Assembly: GCA_963749445.1 (NCBI GenBank)
Contig: CAVVMJ010000003.1
Span: 64,715-128,714, forward strand
Direction: 5' to 3'
From: an uncultured bacterium
GTDB taxonomy: Bacteria; Patescibacteriota; Doudnabacteria; UBA920
DNA length: 64,000 bases
Below the pieces are notes generated by a model that did not search any database, had not been told where the DNA came from, and saw nothing but the letters and a program-made list of their open reading frames with translations. Within the stretch, counting starts at the first letter, position 1, and each line of letters begins with the position of its first letter. This document shows, one piece after another, positions 61,357 through 64,000 of the stretch. The position numbers and the translations under genes were made by a program.

Positions 61357-62229
61357 TTAACTTAATTTAATTGCCGCCCAAATAATCAGCGCAATACCGG
61401 CAAACCGGGCCGCGTAAACTTTTGCCGTATGCTTTTCTAAAAGCTTGGGATAAATCAAAGCCAAAATAAAAGCAAATACCGCCGATAACGGCAGGGCAAT
61501 AATGCTGGAAGAAATACTCACGTTAGTCTGATACGCCTTGTTGCCCGCCAGCGTGCCTAAAAAATCCAGCACACCAATTAAAAATATCATCCAGCCCTGT
61601 TTGCTTGTAATAACTTTTACTTCCCGCGCGAATCTCGGCAAGGTCAGGCAGAATAAAATTTGTGCGATTACGGGCATCCATAAAGTCACTGTCCAATAAC
61701 CGTTTTGCCCGATGGCTTTTTTTATAAAAACCGCATCAAGGCTAAAACCCAGCCACATCGCCAGCAAAATCAAAAACGATTTCCAGTCTTGCATGGACCG
61801 CCACGATATTCTTTCGTCCGCAGTAACCAAAAAACCGCCAACAAACATTGAACCGATAAAAACAAACTGCAGGGCGCTTAATTTTTCCGCCAGCAACAGT
61901 GCGCTTAAAATAACAGTAAAAACAATACGGATGTTGAACAGCGGGCTTAAGCTTGTCACGTCAAACCGATAGAGGGCAAAAATGTAACAAATATTGGCTA
62001 TGGCCCAAAAAATGCCGGCCCAAATTACATTGCCCCAATGTAAAGGCAGTCCGGCATGGAAGTAAAGCGCCAGCGGTATGGTAAAAACCATAACCAAACC
62101 AGAATAACCAAAATTCAAAAGCCAGGGATTTTTTATTTCATGCTTGCTTAACAATTTTGTGCCTACTACCTCTACGGCGTAAACTATTGAGGCAAACCAG
62201 GCGAAAATTTGGAATGGCAGGTTTAACAT
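61357..62229 (-). CDS. EamA/DMT-family transporter
   Basis: Ten TM helices; 290 aa. Confidence 0.65.
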   Translation of the reverse strand: MLNLPFQIFAWFASIVYAVEVVGTKLLSKHEIKNPWLLNFGYSGLVMVFTIPLALYFHAGLPLHWGNVIWAGIFWAIANICYIFALYRFDVTSLSPLFNIRIVFTVILSALLLAEKLSALQFVFIGSMFVGGFLVTADERISWRSMQDWKSFLILLAMWLGFSLDAVFIKKAIGQNGYWTVTLWMPVIAQILFCLTLPRFAREVKVITSKQGWMIFLIGVLDFLGTLAGNKAYQTNVSISSSIIALPLSAVFAFILALIYPKLLEKHTAKVYAARFAGIALIIWAAIKLS

Positions 62230-62284
62230 GGATGAATTATAACAAAAAAACCAGCCCTGCCCAATGGCAGCGGCCGATTTGAAG

Positions 62285-62383
62285 TTGATGGGCGTCTTCG
62301 TGGTCCCACAAAATTCAATTGATGATTATCGGCTGGCGATAAATAATGGTCGTGGAATGAATTGGCATGAAGACGCCCATCAA
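62285..62383. mobile_element. MITE-like element, copy 3 (variant with G in place of A in the inverted repeats)
   Basis: TTGATGGGCGTCTTCGTG...GAAGACGCCCATCAA. Confidence 0.5.
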
Positions 62384-62388
62384 GCCAG

Positions 62389-62784
62389 TTACCCAATCGC
62401 CTGCTTGATTTTGGCAGCCCAGGTTTTGAGCTCATTAAGGTTGGCCAGTTTGGCGCGGTGCGGATCAAGCTCGCCGCCGGCGTTAACAGGTACCAGATGC
62501 ACGTGCGCGTGGTTTACGCCAAAACCTTCCACGGCCAAACCCACGCGCTTGGCCACCGTAATGTCACGCAACGGCCCGGCGATTTTTTTAACAATCTCAA
62601 ACAGCTTCCGGTATGTCTCGTGCGGCAAATCAAACACATATGCATAATGTTTCTTGGGAATAATCACCACATGGCCGGGGTTTATCGGCCTAATATCCAT
62701 AAACGCCAAAAATTCCGCGTCCTCGTAAACCGGATAATTCAGCGGCTGGCCTTCCACAATTTGACAAAATACGCATTGGTTCAT
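62389..62784 (-). CDS. HIT-family hydrolase
   Basis: HAHVHLVP histidine triad. Confidence 0.9.
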   Translation of the reverse strand: MNQCVFCQIVEGQPLNYPVYEDAEFLAFMDIRPINPGHVVIIPKKHYAYVFDLPHETYRKLFEIVKKIAGPLRDITVAKRVGLAVEGFGVNHAHVHLVPVNAGGELDPHRAKLANLNELKTWAAKIKQAIG

Positions 62785-62886
62785 ATGTTTTCATTTATCA
62801 ATATTACTCCTTAAGTATAGCAGATTTTTCTCTGCTTCCAAATTCTTTCACCGGGGTTTTTTAATCTTGTCAATCTTTTAAATCAT

Positions 62887-64000
62887 TTAAATCTTGCTCA
62901 ATGGGCTCATCTCTCCCCAATTGTCCCCGACTTTGGCTTCCACGCTCACGGGTACGGAAAGTTTGATGGCATTTTCCATCATAGGTATGAGCTTTTTTAC
63001 CCATTCCCCAACTTTATTTTCCTTTACTTCAAATACCAACTCGTCATGTACTTGCAGTAACATTCGAATTTCCGAATTCTGATTTTCCGATTTATCCGAT
63101 TTTCCGATCATCCGATGGATATTAATCATCGCCACTTTAATCACATCCGCAGCCAGCGATTGAATAGGAAAATTCACGGCCGCGCGTTCGGCCGCGGCGC
63201 GGACAAAAAACTGGCTAGACCTGATTTCCGGAAACTTGCGCATCCGACCCAGCTCGTTGCGCACAAAACCTTCCTCGTTGACCTGTAGTTTGATTTGTTC
63301 TATATATTCTTCCACTTTCGGGTAGGCGGCAAAATATTTTTGGCAATAAATTCCTTGGCCTCGGCGCGGCGAGACTTCCCCAATCCTCGATGATAATCCA
63401 AAACGACGACAGCCCGTACAAAATCCCAAAATTTATGGTCTTGGCGTCGCGCCGCATATCGGGCGTAACTTCATTTGCCTTTACCCCAAAAATGCTGACC
63501 GCGGTGTTGGTATGAATGTCCTCTTCGTTTTTAAACACCGCAATCATTTTTTCATCCCGCGCCAAATGCGCCACAATGCGCAGTTCAATTTGCCTATAAT
63601 CAATCGATAAAAGTTTAAAACCTTTTTCAGCCACAAAAGCCTGGCGGATTTTACTGCCCAAGCCCTGCCCGCGCACAGGAATATTTTGCAAGTTTGGATC
63701 GGTGGAACTAAGCCTTCCGGTAGCCGCAATGGTTTGGTTGTAGCTGGTGTGGATCCGACCGGTTTTTTTATTCACCAGCAGCGGCAAAGCCAACAAATAA
63801 GTTGATTGCAGTTTGGCCAGTTCGCGGTATTCCAAAATCTTGTCTATTGCCGGATGTTGGCCTTTCATTTTTTCCAGTTCTCCTGCCGCAGTAGAAAGTC
63901 CGGTTTTGGTTTTGCGGTTGTTTATGGCTTCCAATTTTAGCTTATCAAACAAAACTTCCTTCATCTGCTTGGGAGAATTTATGTTAAATTCCTGCCCGGT
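62887..64000 (-). CDS. polA: DNA polymerase I polymerase domain (partial, continues past the window end), with at least three frame shifts in 63330-63420
   Basis: DYRQIELRIVAHLA, RRDAKTINFGILYG, FPIQSLAADVIK, LLQVHDELVFE. A third frame encodes SRRAEAKEFIAK between the two track ORFs. Confidence 0.8.

Overview
This window looks like part of a small, reduced bacterial genome of roughly 45% GC with gene content typical of CPR/Patescibacteria. Housekeeping genes recognised by motif: gdhA, riboflavin kinase, trxB, htrA, tsaD, serA, nnrD, valS, a class I aminotransferase, tspO, mscL, rpoB, rpoC, an ABC-2 exporter pair, tsaB, a MurE-like ligase, a FemAB-family protein, ruvA, uvrB, rpsT, a HIT protein and partial polA. 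There is one tRNA-Glu(UUC). A very large Big_2-repeat surface protein and several secreted or hypothetical proteins are present. A low-GC island (about 31.6-36.8 kb) carries an IS1595-family insertion sequence, a membrane-anchored caspase-like protein beside an HslV/proteasome-like peptidase, and a Type II restriction-modification locus. In that locus the methyltransferase is fused in frame to a complete LexA-like repressor/S24 autopeptidase domain. It faces an MvaI/BcnI-family endonuclease that is preceded by a small AbrB/MazE-like protein. Unusual recurring sequence features are: (a) a family of GC-rich hairpin-mosaic elements inserted in frame in valS, an ABC ATPase, tsaB and a Pif1-like helicase, and also present in intergenic spacers; (b) a ~99-bp MITE-like element with 18-bp terminal inverted repeats in three copies; (c) a perfect 12-bp palindrome ATTCGCGCGAAT at six sites around two paralogous ArsR-family regulators; (d) heptanucleotide tandem repeats inside and between genes; (e) shared promoter/leader motifs. 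rpoB, rpoC (twice), trxB, the Pif1-like helicase and polA are each broken by single-base indels; because essential genes are hit, most of these are probably sequencing/assembly errors rather than pseudogenes. A promoter-to-terminator unit of about 395 nt between ruvA and uvrB is a candidate structured ncRNA. All calls rest on reading the sequence and recalled family motifs; no searches were run.
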